A DNA stretch of 32,000 nt from contig NC_002937.3 in the NCBI RefSeq assembly GCF_000195755.1, forward strand, positions 3,030,001 to 3,062,000. The letters run 5' to 3'. Position numbers and translations under genes: made by a program. The notes beneath the pieces were generated by a model. The model did not search any database. It was not told where the DNA came from and saw only the letters and a list, made by a program, of their open reading frames with translations. Shown here one piece after another: positions 20,421-28,743 of the stretch. Origin of the DNA: Nitratidesulfovibrio vulgaris str. Hildenborough. Its GTDB lineage: Bacteria > Desulfobacterota > Desulfovibrionia > Desulfovibrionales > Desulfovibrionaceae. The number at the start of each line of letters is the position of its first letter. Within the stretch, counting starts at the first letter, position 1.

Positions 20421-20663
20421 CTATTCGCTGCCGTCACCGGGGAGATGCACACGCGACACCACCGCACGCACGGCTTCAAGCGCCTGCCCGCGTTCCTGCG
20501 CCGTGCGCTGCCACTTCTTCTTCTCCTTCTTCAGTGCCTCGATGGTCTGGAGAAGGTCGCGGATGGTTCCCGCCGGATAGCCCGGCGTTCCCTGCCCGTT
20601 ACGGTGCAACTCCTCGTCGTTGCGCTGGCGAAGGGCCTCAAGCTGGCTGGAATTGAGTATCAC
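20421..20663 (-). CDS. 80-aa hypothetical protein downstream of nrdD
   Basis: The GTG start at 20663 is preceded by GGAGG with a 4-nt spacer. The gene lies 83 nt downstream of the nrdD stop on the same strand. It has a charged, helical KKEKKKW core. I recognise no domain. Confidence 0.5.
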   Translation of the reverse strand: MILNSSQLEALRQRNDEELHRNGQGTPGYPAGTIRDLLQTIEALKKEKKKWQRTAQERGQALEAVRAVVSRVHLPGDGSE

Positions 20664-20746
20664 GGAGCCTCCGGGCGTCTGATGCGCGAACGGGGCGGCG
20701 GCAAAGACCGTCCGCCCCGTGTGACCATGCTGTCCGACGCGGCGCG

Positions 20747-22816
20747 CTAGCCGTTGCCGCAGCCGCAGAAGCTGTTGGCGCTGTATTCCTTGCGTTCCTT
20801 GTACTCCTGCTGCTTGCCGAGGTTCCAGCGGTTGACGGGCCTGTAGTAGCCCACCACGCGGGTGTAGACCTCGGCCTCGTCACCGCACTGCGGGCAGTTG
20901 AAATGCTCGCCGTGCAGATAGCCGTGATTCTGGCAGATGGAGAACGTGGGCGTGACCGAGATGTAGGGGATGCGCGTCTTGCTCATGGCCTTCATGAGGT
21001 AGTTGCGCACAGAGTCCTCATCCGGTGCCGCTTCGCCGAGGAACGAGTGGAACACCGTGCCCCCGTTGTACAGGGTCTGGAGTTCGTTCTGATGCTCCAG
21101 CGCGGAGAACACGTCATCGGTGATGCCCACGGGCAGAAGCGTCGAGTTCGTATAGTAGGGCACGTCACCACCGGAGACGGCGATGTCCTCGTACAATTCG
21201 CGGTCGACCTTGGCAAGGCGGTAGCAGGTGCCTTCGCCGGGGGTCGCCTCAAGGTTGTACATGTGGCCCGTCTCTTCCTGGAAACGCACCGTGAGGTCGC
21301 GCAGGTGGTTCAGGGTGCGCTTCATGAGCCGCAGCCCCGCCTCGCTCTCGATGCCCTTGCCAAGCAGGTTGAGGCACGCCTCGTGCCCGCCGATGAGACC
21401 GATGGTGGAGAAGTGCCCGTTGTAGCCGTTCTTGAGGTAGCGGCGCGAGAACGGGAACATGCCCGCCTCGAGCAGCTTGGTGCACAGCTTGCGCTTGTAT
21501 TCGAGGGCGTCGCGCGCCATCTCGGCATACTCCGTCACCATGTCGAGGAAGTCTTCCTCTCCCTGTGCGAGGTAGGCGAGTTTGGGCAGGTTGAGCGTGA
21601 CCACGCCGATGGAACCGGTGAGGTCGCCCGAACCGAAGAGACCGCCCGTGCGCTTGCGAATCTCGCGCAGGTCCATCTGCAGACGGCAGCACATGGAGCG
21701 TACGTCTTCGGGGTTGAGGTCGGAGTTGATGAAGTTCTGGAAGTACGGCACCCCGTAGCGCGCCGTGAGCTTCAGCAGCAGCCTGCCCGCCTCGGAATCC
21801 CACGGGAAGTCGGGGGTGACGTTGTAGGTGGGGATGGGGAAGGAGAAGATGCGCTTGTCGGCGTCGCCTTCGAGCATGACCTCGATGAACGCTCGGTTGA
21901 TCATCTCCATCTCCACCCCGTACTCGCCGTAGGTCGAGTCCTTGAACTCGCCACCGATGATGACAGGCTCGTTGGCGATGTGCTTTGGCGGTGCGAGGTC
22001 GAAGGTGAAGTTGGTGAACGGGCTTTGCCCGCCCCACCGCGACGTGGTGTTGAGGTTGTAGACCAGCTTCTGCATGGTCTGCTTCACCTCGTCGTAGGTC
22101 AGCCCGTCATGGCGCACGAAGGGGGCGAGATAGGTATCGACGTTGTTGAACGCCTGCGCACCGGCCCACTCGTTCTGCAACGTTCCGAGGAAGTTGACGA
22201 TCTGCCCGCAGGCCGCATCGAAGTGGTTGGCGGGTGCGGCGCAGCAGCGGCCCTTGAGGTTGAAGCCCTCGAGCAGCAGGTCGCGCAGACTCCAGCCCGC
22301 GCAGTAGCCAGCAAGACCGAACGAAAGGTCATGGATGTGGAAATAGCCGTGCGTATGGGCGAGGCGAACCTCTTCAGGGTACTTCTCAAGCACATACCGT
22401 GCTTGCACAGACCCCGCCATATGCAGGATGAGGCCCTGATACGAATGCCCCATGTTGGAGTTTTCGTTGACCCGCCAGTCGCTACGGTCGAGGTAGCTTT
22501 CGATCATGCGGGCGATGTCGAGATAGGCCTGATTCTGGTTGCGCATCTCGCGCCGCTTCTCGCGGTAGATGATGTACCGTTCGGCGACTGCGTAGAGACG
22601 GGCTTCCATGAGCACGCGCTGCACCATGTCCTGCACGTGCTCCTGTTCCGGGGCGTCCACGTCTTCAAGCTTGGCTTCGACGCGTGAGGCAAGGCGCTTG
22701 CCGAGCAACGGGTCTTTGATACCGCTGGCCTTCAGGGCCTTGTTGATGGCGTGCGCCACCCTGTCGACCGACCAGGTTTCCACCCGGCCGTCGCGCTTGA
22801 GAATCTTCTTGGGCAT
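20747..22816 (-). CDS. nrdD: Anaerobic ribonucleoside-triphosphate reductase (class III)
   Basis: It has an ATP-cone-like N-terminus (MPKKILKRDGRVETWSVDRVAHAINKA), a C-terminal zinc site (CPQCG) and the glycyl-radical motif (RVVGYYRPV). ATG 22816 is preferred over the TTG at 22843. Confidence 0.95.
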   Translation of the reverse strand: MPKKILKRDGRVETWSVDRVAHAINKALKASGIKDPLLGKRLASRVEAKLEDVDAPEQEHVQDMVQRVLMEARLYAVAERYIIYREKRREMRNQNQAYLDIARMIESYLDRSDWRVNENSNMGHSYQGLILHMAGSVQARYVLEKYPEEVRLAHTHGYFHIHDLSFGLAGYCAGWSLRDLLLEGFNLKGRCCAAPANHFDAACGQIVNFLGTLQNEWAGAQAFNNVDTYLAPFVRHDGLTYDEVKQTMQKLVYNLNTTSRWGGQSPFTNFTFDLAPPKHIANEPVIIGGEFKDSTYGEYGVEMEMINRAFIEVMLEGDADKRIFSFPIPTYNVTPDFPWDSEAGRLLLKLTARYGVPYFQNFINSDLNPEDVRSMCCRLQMDLREIRKRTGGLFGSGDLTGSIGVVTLNLPKLAYLAQGEEDFLDMVTEYAEMARDALEYKRKLCTKLLEAGMFPFSRRYLKNGYNGHFSTIGLIGGHEACLNLLGKGIESEAGLRLMKRTLNHLRDLTVRFQEETGHMYNLEATPGEGTCYRLAKVDRELYEDIAVSGGDVPYYTNSTLLPVGITDDVFSALEHQNELQTLYNGGTVFHSFLGEAAPDEDSVRNYLMKAMSKTRIPYISVTPTFSICQNHGYLHGEHFNCPQCGDEAEVYTRVVGYYRPVNRWNLGKQQEYKERKEYSANSFCGCGNG

Positions 22817-22974
22817 AGGATGCTTGGCTCCGGGCACGCACAAGACCGGCGGACCCCGTCATGGCAACGGGCGGCACTGCGTGCGGAGGCACGGGTCGAC
22901 GTCGGAAACGTCGCCACCCGCACCGCGAATGGTGAATGGCTGAACCCCCGGTACATCCGCGTGCAACGAGGGAT

Positions 22975-23155
22975 CGAGACTGCTCCGGCCCGGTATTCTG
23001 GCTCTCCCCACTCACAACCGCCTTCCCGCCCGCAGGGGGCAGTGGCTTCATGGCTGTGGCGTGGCGCCCGAGGCGCAGGGATGACAGCGGCGGGACCGCT
23101 CCGGACTCGCACCGGATTCCCGAAACCGGAGAAGAACGACGGTGCACGAATAGCA
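22975..23155 (-). ncRNA. Cobalamin (B12) riboswitch in the nrdD leader
   Basis: The minus strand reads GGTTTCGGGAATCCGGTGCGAGTCCGGAGCGGTCCCGCCGCTGT ... AAGCCACTG ... GGCGGGAAGGCGG ... AGAGCCAGAATACCGGGCC. That covers the conserved GGGAA/GGTG..A.TCC/CCCGCC.CTGT core, the GCCACTG box (plus-strand 23040-23046), GGGAAGGC and the 3' AGCCAG.A.ACC.G.C element. The boundaries are approximate. Confidence 0.85.
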
Positions 23156-23422
23156 GACGGGGAAGGACGCGGCAACCCTTTCACGTGGTGCACAGGCAGC
23201 CCGCAAACCGTTGACGGGCAAGGCATCGCCCTCGTAACGACATGAAATAAAACACTTAAAATTTCACCTTCACACACGTGTCCGACAAGGCTCGCCACAC
23301 GGCAGAAGGCTCGTCATACCGCACGGCTAGCGGATGGCTGCGCCATGCCCACTCGGCCCGACACAAAAAAACAACCGCCTCGCCGCTGTCATGGCGGTGC
23401 CTTCCCTTTTTCAGGTCAGCCC

Positions 23423-23449
23423 TAAAGTTCCCTCCCCTCCGTCCGATAC
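23423..23449 (+). promoter_or_regulatory. Sigma-28 (FliA)-type promoter
   Basis: TAAAGTTC (23423-23430), 11-nt spacer, TCCGATAC (23442-23449), compared with the consensus TAAAGTTT-N11-GCCGATAA. It ends 37 nt upstream of ATG 23486. Confidence 0.65.
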
Positions 23450-23485
23450 GACTATCGTTAGGGTTTATCAGGCAAGGAGCACGCC

Positions 23486-24334
23486 ATGGCAGACCGGAAC
23501 CTGCAAAGCTTCATCGTCGACTACTCGCTGCAACTTCTCCAGCAGGACATGCTCACCAACAGCCTGTTCATGGGGAGTGCAACCGGCAAGACGCTGCGCG
23601 ACCTTGTCCTGAAAGAGGCGAGCGTTCCGCTGCGCACCGACCCCACCGCCAAGGCTCTTTCCGGCACACTACGCGCCGACGCCGGCATGTTGCGACAGGC
23701 GTCGAAGAATGTGGCCGAAGCACAGAGCATCATGGACACCGGTGCCAGCGCCATGAACTCCATCAAAGACATCCTCGCCGACATGAAGGACATCGCAGAC
23801 GAGGTCGCAGCGGGCACCATGACCACGGCCAACGCCAAGCCACTCTACAAGTCGCTACGGGACGAGATGCGGGGTATCATCTCCTCCACATCCTACAACG
23901 GCATCTCCCTGCTGGACGGCACGAACTGGGGTACAGACAGCCGCATGACGACGTCGGGCAGCGGCACCACCCTTTCCGGTTCGCTACGTATCCAGTCCGG
24001 CAGCGACGGCTTCGACCTCGCACTGCTGGACATGAAGAGCGACCTTTACAACGCCTACGACGATGGCACGGCGGACCTCGCCAACGCTGCGGCGGCAGCC
24101 GCCACCGCCACAAGGCTCAGCACCGATTCGACCACGGTGACAACCATCGCCGACCTGTACGCAGGGCGCTCGTCCAGCATCGCGGGCCACAGCGCCGCGC
24201 TGGCGAAACAGGCGGACATCATGGACGCAGCAGCCATCGTCCGCGAAAGAGGCAATGACGGTCGCACTACCGAGGAGTTGCTGCTCGACCTCATCCTGCG
24301 CGCATCAGGGACACTGGTGGACGAGAACGGCTGA
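23486..24334 (+). CDS. Short, divergent flagellin-domain protein (282 aa)
   Basis: LRADAGMLRQASKNVAEAQSIMDTGASAMNSIKDILADMKDIADEVAAGT ... YNGISLLDG aligns by eye with the flagellin N-domain (RGLNQASRNAQDGIS..QTAEGAL.E....LQRMRELAVQAANGT ... FNG..LLDG). AAGGAG lies upstream. Confidence 0.72.
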   Translation: MADRNLQSFIVDYSLQLLQQDMLTNSLFMGSATGKTLRDLVLKEASVPLRTDPTAKALSGTLRADAGMLRQASKNVAEAQSIMDTGASAMNSIKDILADMKDIADEVAAGTMTTANAKPLYKSLRDEMRGIISSTSYNGISLLDGTNWGTDSRMTTSGSGTTLSGSLRIQSGSDGFDLALLDMKSDLYNAYDDGTADLANAAAAAATATRLSTDSTTVTTIADLYAGRSSSIAGHSAALAKQADIMDAAAIVRERGNDGRTTEELLLDLILRASGTLVDENG

Positions 24335-24537
24335 GCACTCTCGGAATGCATGACAGAGGTGCGAAGGCGGGCGGAATGGCGTGAGACGACGCAGTACATG
24401 GCAGACGGGGCATGATTCCAGACGGCATGGCGCTTGCGATGCGGCAATGCAAGGCCTGACGCTTGACCAAGCCTGCGCTTCGCGGCACAGCAAGGCACGG
24501 CGCGCACGCGTCAACCGATACGCCTTGAGGAGCCTCC

Positions 24538-24891
24538 ATGTTCGCATCCCTCCCCGTTCCGGTGGTCACCATCGGCCTGCTCTTTCTCTCCAACGTGTTC
24601 ATGACCTTCGCATGGTACGGGCATCTGCGGTTCAAGGCCATGCCGCTCACGCTTGCCATCGCCGCAAGCTGGGGCATCGCCTTCTTCGAATACTGCCTTC
24701 AGGTACCCGCGAACAGGGCGGGCTACGGCTACTACAACGCCGTCGAACTGAAGACCATTCAGGAGATCATATCCCTTTCGGTGTTCGTGGTGTTCTCCGC
24801 CCTCTATCTCGGCGAACCTGTACGCTGGAATCATCTTGTCGGCTTCGGTCTCATCGTGGCCGCGGCCTTCTTCATCTTCAAGGAATGGTAG
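24538..24891 (+). CDS. DUF486 / DMT-superfamily small membrane protein (117 aa)
   Basis: Four hydrophobic segments. The N-terminus (VVTIGLLFLSNVFMTFAWYGHLRF) matches the DUF486 pattern as I recall it. GAGGAG lies upstream. Confidence 0.78.
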   Translation: MFASLPVPVVTIGLLFLSNVFMTFAWYGHLRFKAMPLTLAIAASWGIAFFEYCLQVPANRAGYGYYNAVELKTIQEIISLSVFVVFSALYLGEPVRWNHLVGFGLIVAAAFFIFKEW

Positions 24892-26209
24892 GCGACTCGG
24901 GGCATGACATCTCGAGAAGGGCCACCGGGCCGCACACCACACGGTCACGTCCCGAGGCCTTGGCGCGGTAGAGGGCCTTGTCGGCGGCGCGCAGCACCTC
25001 GGTCACCGAATGATAGGGAGGACACGACGCGACCCCCACACTGACCGTGACCCGCAAGGCCTCACCCCGTCCGTCGTCGCACGGCACCTCCATGGCTGCG
25101 ATGGCTGCCCGCAACCGTTCCGCCACACAGCACGCCGCCTCGGGCCCCACGCCCGGCAAGAGTACGCCGAACTCCTCTCCCCCCAGACGACCCACGGTGT
25201 CGACGGTGCGCAACAGGGGCACCATCGCACGGCCAAGCCGCCGCAGCACCTCGTCTCCGACGGCGTGCCCCCACGTGTCATTGACCAGTTTGAAGTTGTC
25301 CACATCCATGACAAGGACAGAAGCCACCGCCCTGTCGTGGCAGCAACGCTGCATCATGTCGGCCAGGGTCTCCATGAATGTCGCCCTGTTCGAGACGCCT
25401 GTGAGCGCATCCATCGAGGCCATCCGCCGCAGTTCGACCTCCTGCCGCTTCTGGTGCGTGACGTCGCGCACCACCGCGTAGATGCGTCTCTGTTCGACCT
25501 CGGGCCGCGCACTCCACGACAGCCACCTCCATGTGCCATCGCTGCATCTCAACCGCACCTCAAGCCCCCGGACCCTTTCACCTGCTGCGAGTTGGTCAAG
25601 AGCCTGCGCCACGGCAGTGGCATCAGCCTCATGGGTGAGCCCTCCCAGCGACGTCTCCAGCATCTCGGACACCGTCCAGCCAAGGGTGCTGTTCCACGCC
25701 GGATTGACCTCGTGGAATCGCCCCTCGAAGTCGAGGATGCACAGCATGTCGAGAGACAGTTCGAAAAGCCGCGCCCGCGACTCCTCTGCATAACGCCGCG
25801 CAGTCACGTCCATGAACAGACCGATGACCCGCGCCGGAACGCCGACGGCATCACGCCGCACTACCCGCCCCTGATCATGCACCCAGCGCAGGGCATCGCC
25901 CCCGTCATGGATGCGGTACTCTGCCTCGTACCTGTCCGTGCGCCCCTCAAGGTGGGCGTTGAGCGCCGTGAGCACGCGATTGCGGTCGGCGTGGTGGATG
26001 CGTTCCATCCAGTCGTCGATGCCCCGCTGCGTCCAGCCCGCCGGGAAACCGAGCAACGCCACCCACCCCGGATTCACGGAAAGCCGCCCTGTGCGCACAT
26101 CCCAGTCCCAGAGGCCCAGCGTCGCTGAACTCGCCACCAGTTCGAGACGTTCTTCGCGGCTGCGCAACGCCTCGCCCATGCGTGAACATTCGGTGACGTC
26201 GTGCACCAC
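24878..26209 (-). CDS. PAS-PAS-GGDEF diguanylate cyclase (downstream part of an apparently frameshifted gene)
   Basis: Two PAS-like repeats, then the GGDEF domain (DALTGVSNR ..., RLGGEEFGVLLP). The ORF begins at a GTG with no SD, at a PAS-domain boundary motif (VVHDVTE). Confidence 0.85.
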   Translation of the reverse strand: MVHDVTECSRMGEALRSREERLELVASSATLGLWDWDVRTGRLSVNPGWVALLGFPAGWTQRGIDDWMERIHHADRNRVLTALNAHLEGRTDRYEAEYRIHDGGDALRWVHDQGRVVRRDAVGVPARVIGLFMDVTARRYAEESRARLFELSLDMLCILDFEGRFHEVNPAWNSTLGWTVSEMLETSLGGLTHEADATAVAQALDQLAAGERVRGLEVRLRCSDGTWRWLSWSARPEVEQRRIYAVVRDVTHQKRQEVELRRMASMDALTGVSNRATFMETLADMMQRCCHDRAVASVLVMDVDNFKLVNDTWGHAVGDEVLRRLGRAMVPLLRTVDTVGRLGGEEFGVLLPGVGPEAACCVAERLRAAIAAMEVPCDDGRGEALRVTVSVGVASCPPYHSVTEVLRAADKALYRAKASGRDRVVCGPVALLEMSCPESPTIP

Positions 26210-26595
26210 GGAAACAGCAACTGCCTTTCGCCCACCATGACGGGGTGCGAATGCACCAGCATCTCGCGCACCTCACCGGTCGCAAGGCGATGCGGCATGG
26301 AGAACCTGTTCGCCAGTCCCGTCGCGGCGGCCCTGCGACGGGCCAGTATCTCATCCCGTTGCAGCATGTTGATGTCGTCGATGAACATCGTGCAAAGACA
26401 TTCGAACGGGTGCCCATAGAAGGCGCACGCGGCACGGTTGGCCTCGACGATGCCGCCCGACTCCGGTTCGATGAAGAGCATGGGCGCCGGATGATGTGAC
26501 AGGGACCCTCCATCCAGCAGTACGCCGGACGGAAGACGCGCCGCACACTCGGGGTCGGCGGCCGAAAGACCGTACAACTCCATCAGCCCTCTCAT
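26074..26595 (-). CDS. N-terminal PAS-domain fragment of the same GGDEF gene (in-frame part ends near 26212)
   Basis: ATG 26595 is preceded by GGAGG with a 5-nt spacer. The PAS-like sequence runs up to ...HSHPVMVGERQLLF. After that the frame gives an implausible tail (PWCTTSPNVHAW...) that overlaps the next ORF. Confidence 0.6.
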   Translation of the reverse strand: MRGLMELYGLSAADPECAARLPSGVLLDGGSLSHHPAPMLFIEPESGGIVEANRAACAFYGHPFECLCTMFIDDINMLQRDEILARRRAAATGLANRFSMPHRLATGEVREMLVHSHPVMVGERQLLFPWCTTSPNVHAWARRCAAAKNVSNWWRVQRRWASGTGMCAQGGFP

Positions 26596-26606
26596 AGTTG
26601 CCTCCA

Positions 26607-26637
26607 CATATCATAATCCCCGACCGCCTATGATATG
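26607..26637. repeat. Perfect 9-bp inverted repeat CATATCATA-N13-TATGATATG
   Basis: Arms are at 26607-26615 and 26629-26637. The repeat is AT-rich in a GC-rich background. It lies in the divergent GGDEF/glnS intergenic region, and the right arm overlaps the TGGCA of the -24-like element. Confidence 0.85.
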
Positions 26638-26651
26638 GCAAGCACTTTGCG
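26636..26651 (+). promoter_or_regulatory. Sigma-54-type -24/-12 element (TGGCAAGCACTTTGCG)
   Basis: GG at 26637-26638 and GC at 26649-26650 are separated by exactly 10 nt. The element matches TGGCAC-N5-TTGCW at TGGCA, G and TTGC. It points toward glnS and lies about 120 nt upstream of its ATG. Confidence 0.45.
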
Positions 26652-26684
26652 CTTCGGCCACGAGTGCCGGACGTCAGAGCACCA

Positions 26685-26713
26685 TTGACCACCCACGGCC
26701 CATCCCGTAATCT
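26685..26713 (+). promoter_or_regulatory. Alternative sigma-70 promoter candidate for glnS
   Basis: TTGACC (26685-26690), 17-nt spacer, TAATCT (26708-26713). The -10 match is weak. Confidence 0.3.
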
Positions 26714-26771
26714 GGCGTGTCCGGCGTGAGGACGCCAATCCAGCCCCAGCCCACACAAAAGGGACCATACC

Positions 26772-28484
26772 ATGAGCGAACAGAACCCGAACGTTTCCGA
26801 ACGAACCACCGAGGCGACTCCCGGCCTCGACTTCGTGCGCAGCCGCGTTGTCGCCGACAACAGAACGGGCCGTTTCGACGGTCGCGTACACACGCGCTTT
26901 CCCCCGGAACCCAACGGCTATCTGCATATCGGGCACGCCAAGTCCATCTGCCTCAATTTCGGCATAGCGAACGAATACGGCGGCAAGTGCAACCTGCGTT
27001 TCGACGACACCAACCCTGTCAAGGAAAGCCGGGAATACGTCGACTCCATCCGCACCGACGTGGCATGGATGGGCTTTTCGTGGGACGACCGTGAATTCTA
27101 CGCCTCGAACTACTTCGAACAACTCTACCAGTTCGCCGAACAGCTCATCATGGCTGGCAAAGCCTACGTGGACAGCCTCTCCGCCGAGGAGATACGCGCC
27201 CACCGGGGTACGCTCACGCAGCCCGGCACCGAAAGCCCCTACCGCAACCGTAGCGTTGAAGAGAACCTCGACCTCTTCCGCCGCATGAGAGCTGGCGAAT
27301 TCGCCGACGGCACCCACGTGCTGCGTGCCAAGATAGACATGGCTTCGCCCAACGTGGTCATGCGCGACCCTACGCTGTACCGCATCCGCCATGCCCACCA
27401 CCATCGTACCGGCGACGCATGGTGCATCTATCCCATGTACGACTTCACGCACTGCATCTCCGACTCGCTTGAGGGCATCACGCATTCCATCTGCACCCTC
27501 GAATTCGAGAACAACCGCGAACTGTACGACTGGACGCTCGATGCCCTCGGCGTCTACCACCCGCAGCAGATAGAGTTCGCCCGGCTCAACCTCACCTACA
27601 CGGTGCTGTCCAAGCGCAAGCTCATCCAGCTTGTGGAAGGCGGCTTCGTGAAGGGATGGGACGACCCGCGCATGCCCACCATCAGCGGCTTGCGCCGTCG
27701 CGGCGTGCCCCCCGAGGCGCTACGCGAATTCTGCGCCCGCATCGGCGTCGCCAAGGCGGACAGCACGGTCGACTACGGGCTGTTCGAGTTCTGCATCCGC
27801 GAGCGCCTCAACGCCACCACCCCCCGCGTCATGGGCGTTCTCGACCCCATTCGCGTGGTCATCGAGAACTATCCTGAAGGGCAGGTCGAAGAGTTCGACA
27901 TGCCCTACCACCCCGAAGACGCGTCTTTCGGTTCGCGCATAGTGCCCTTCTCGCGCGTGCTGTACATCGAACGTGACGACTTCAGGGAAGACCCGCCCAA
28001 GAAGTTCTTCCGACTCGCCCCCGGTGCCGAAGTGCGCCTGCGCTACGCCTACTACATCACCTGCCGCGAGGTGGTGAAGGACGAGGCGGGCAACATCGTC
28101 GAACTTCGCTGCACCTACGACCCCGAATCGCGCGGCGGTTCGTCGCCCGACGGTCGCAAGGTCAAGGGGACGCTGCACTGGGTCTCCGCTGCCCATGCCG
28201 TTGAGTCGGAAGTGCGCCTCTACGAGCAACTCTTCGCCGTATCCGACCCCGATGACGTGCCCGAAGGCGGTGTCTTCACCGACAATCTCAATCCCGACTC
28301 GCTCAAGGTCGTCCGCGCCATGCTCGAACCTTCGCTGGGCGGCATCGAACCCGGCACCAAGGTGCAATTCGAGCGCATGGGCTACTTCTGCGCCGACCCG
28401 GACTCCGTGCCCGGTGCGCCCGTGTTCAACCGCACCGTGACCCTCAAGGACACGTGGGCGAAACTCGAGAAGAAGATGGGCTAG
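26772..28484 (+). CDS. glnS: Glutamine--tRNA ligase
   Basis: The class I HIGH motif is [14 protein letters not shown] and the KMSKS-type motif is VLSKRK. Conserved GlnRS blocks are present ([35 protein letters not shown]). Confidence 0.95.
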   Translation: MSEQNPNVSERTTEATPGLDFVRSRVVADNRTGRFDGRVHTRFPPEPNGYLHIGHAKSICLNFGIANEYGGKCNLRFDDTNPVKESREYVDSIRTDVAWMGFSWDDREFYASNYFEQLYQFAEQLIMAGKAYVDSLSAEEIRAHRGTLTQPGTESPYRNRSVEENLDLFRRMRAGEFADGTHVLRAKIDMASPNVVMRDPTLYRIRHAHHHRTGDAWCIYPMYDFTHCISDSLEGITHSICTLEFENNRELYDWTLDALGVYHPQQIEFARLNLTYTVLSKRKLIQLVEGGFVKGWDDPRMPTISGLRRRGVPPEALREFCARIGVAKADSTVDYGLFEFCIRERLNATTPRVMGVLDPIRVVIENYPEGQVEEFDMPYHPEDASFGSRIVPFSRVLYIERDDFREDPPKKFFRLAPGAEVRLRYAYYITCREVVKDEAGNIVELRCTYDPESRGGSSPDGRKVKGTLHWVSAAHAVESEVRLYEQLFAVSDPDDVPEGGVFTDNLNPDSLKVVRAMLEPSLGGIEPGTKVQFERMGYFCADPDSVPGAPVFNRTVTLKDTWAKLEKKMG

Positions 28485-28513
28485 AAAGGCGACAGTCGCA
28501 CGAAGCTGACACG

Positions 28514-28539
28514 GAACGCCCCGCATTCGCGGGGCGTTC
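28514..28539 (+). terminator. Hairpin after glnS; terminator candidate
   Basis: GAACGCCCCGC (28514-28524), loop ATTC, GCGGGGCGTTC (28529-28539), 30 nt after the glnS stop. The downstream U-tract is poor (TACGTT). Confidence 0.55.
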
Positions 28540-28743
28540 TACGTTGGCACAGTGGAAGGGGCATCAGCCACCTGCCATGGCAGTAACCGGCGATTCCGCT
28601 AACAGCCGTCGGCCCTCGCCACGTGCCTGCATGCCATCGTCGCCGGACAGCAGGCCGCCCATGCAGACGGAAGAGGGCGGCAAGCGAAGGCATGTCCGTA
28701 CCTTCGCCTCCCGCCCGTCAGGTGGGGGACAAGCCACACGGCC

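Noticed and set aside
23372-23410. Bidirectional terminator-like ACCGCC...GGCGGT hairpin flanked by A7 and T5 tracts upstream of the flagellin-like gene.
   Set aside because: The stem is only 6 bp with a 13-nt loop, and an alternative register is possible. It is too weak to call.
24428-24443. Sigma-54-like TGGCGCTTGCGATGCG upstream of the DUF486 gene.
   Set aside because: The spacing is correct, but the -12 box (ATGCG) and the -24 flank deviate from the consensus. It is much weaker than the site at 26636.
26195-26225. Programmed -1 ribosomal frameshift in the PAS-GGDEF gene.
   Set aside because: There is no canonical X_XXY_YYZ slippery heptamer at CTG TTT CCG TGG, and no obvious downstream pseudoknot. 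A 1-nt homopolymer deletion or a sequencing error is the simpler explanation.
28545-28560. Perfect TGGCAC -24 box downstream of glnS.
   Set aside because: The -12 position reads AAGG, with no GC at the required spacing. The site lies between two converging gene ends and has no downstream gene.
28572-28583. 12-bp perfect palindrome CTGCCATGGCAG.
   Set aside because: It is an isolated short palindrome in a convergent 3' intergenic region. I could see no second copy or associated promoter, so it may well be chance.
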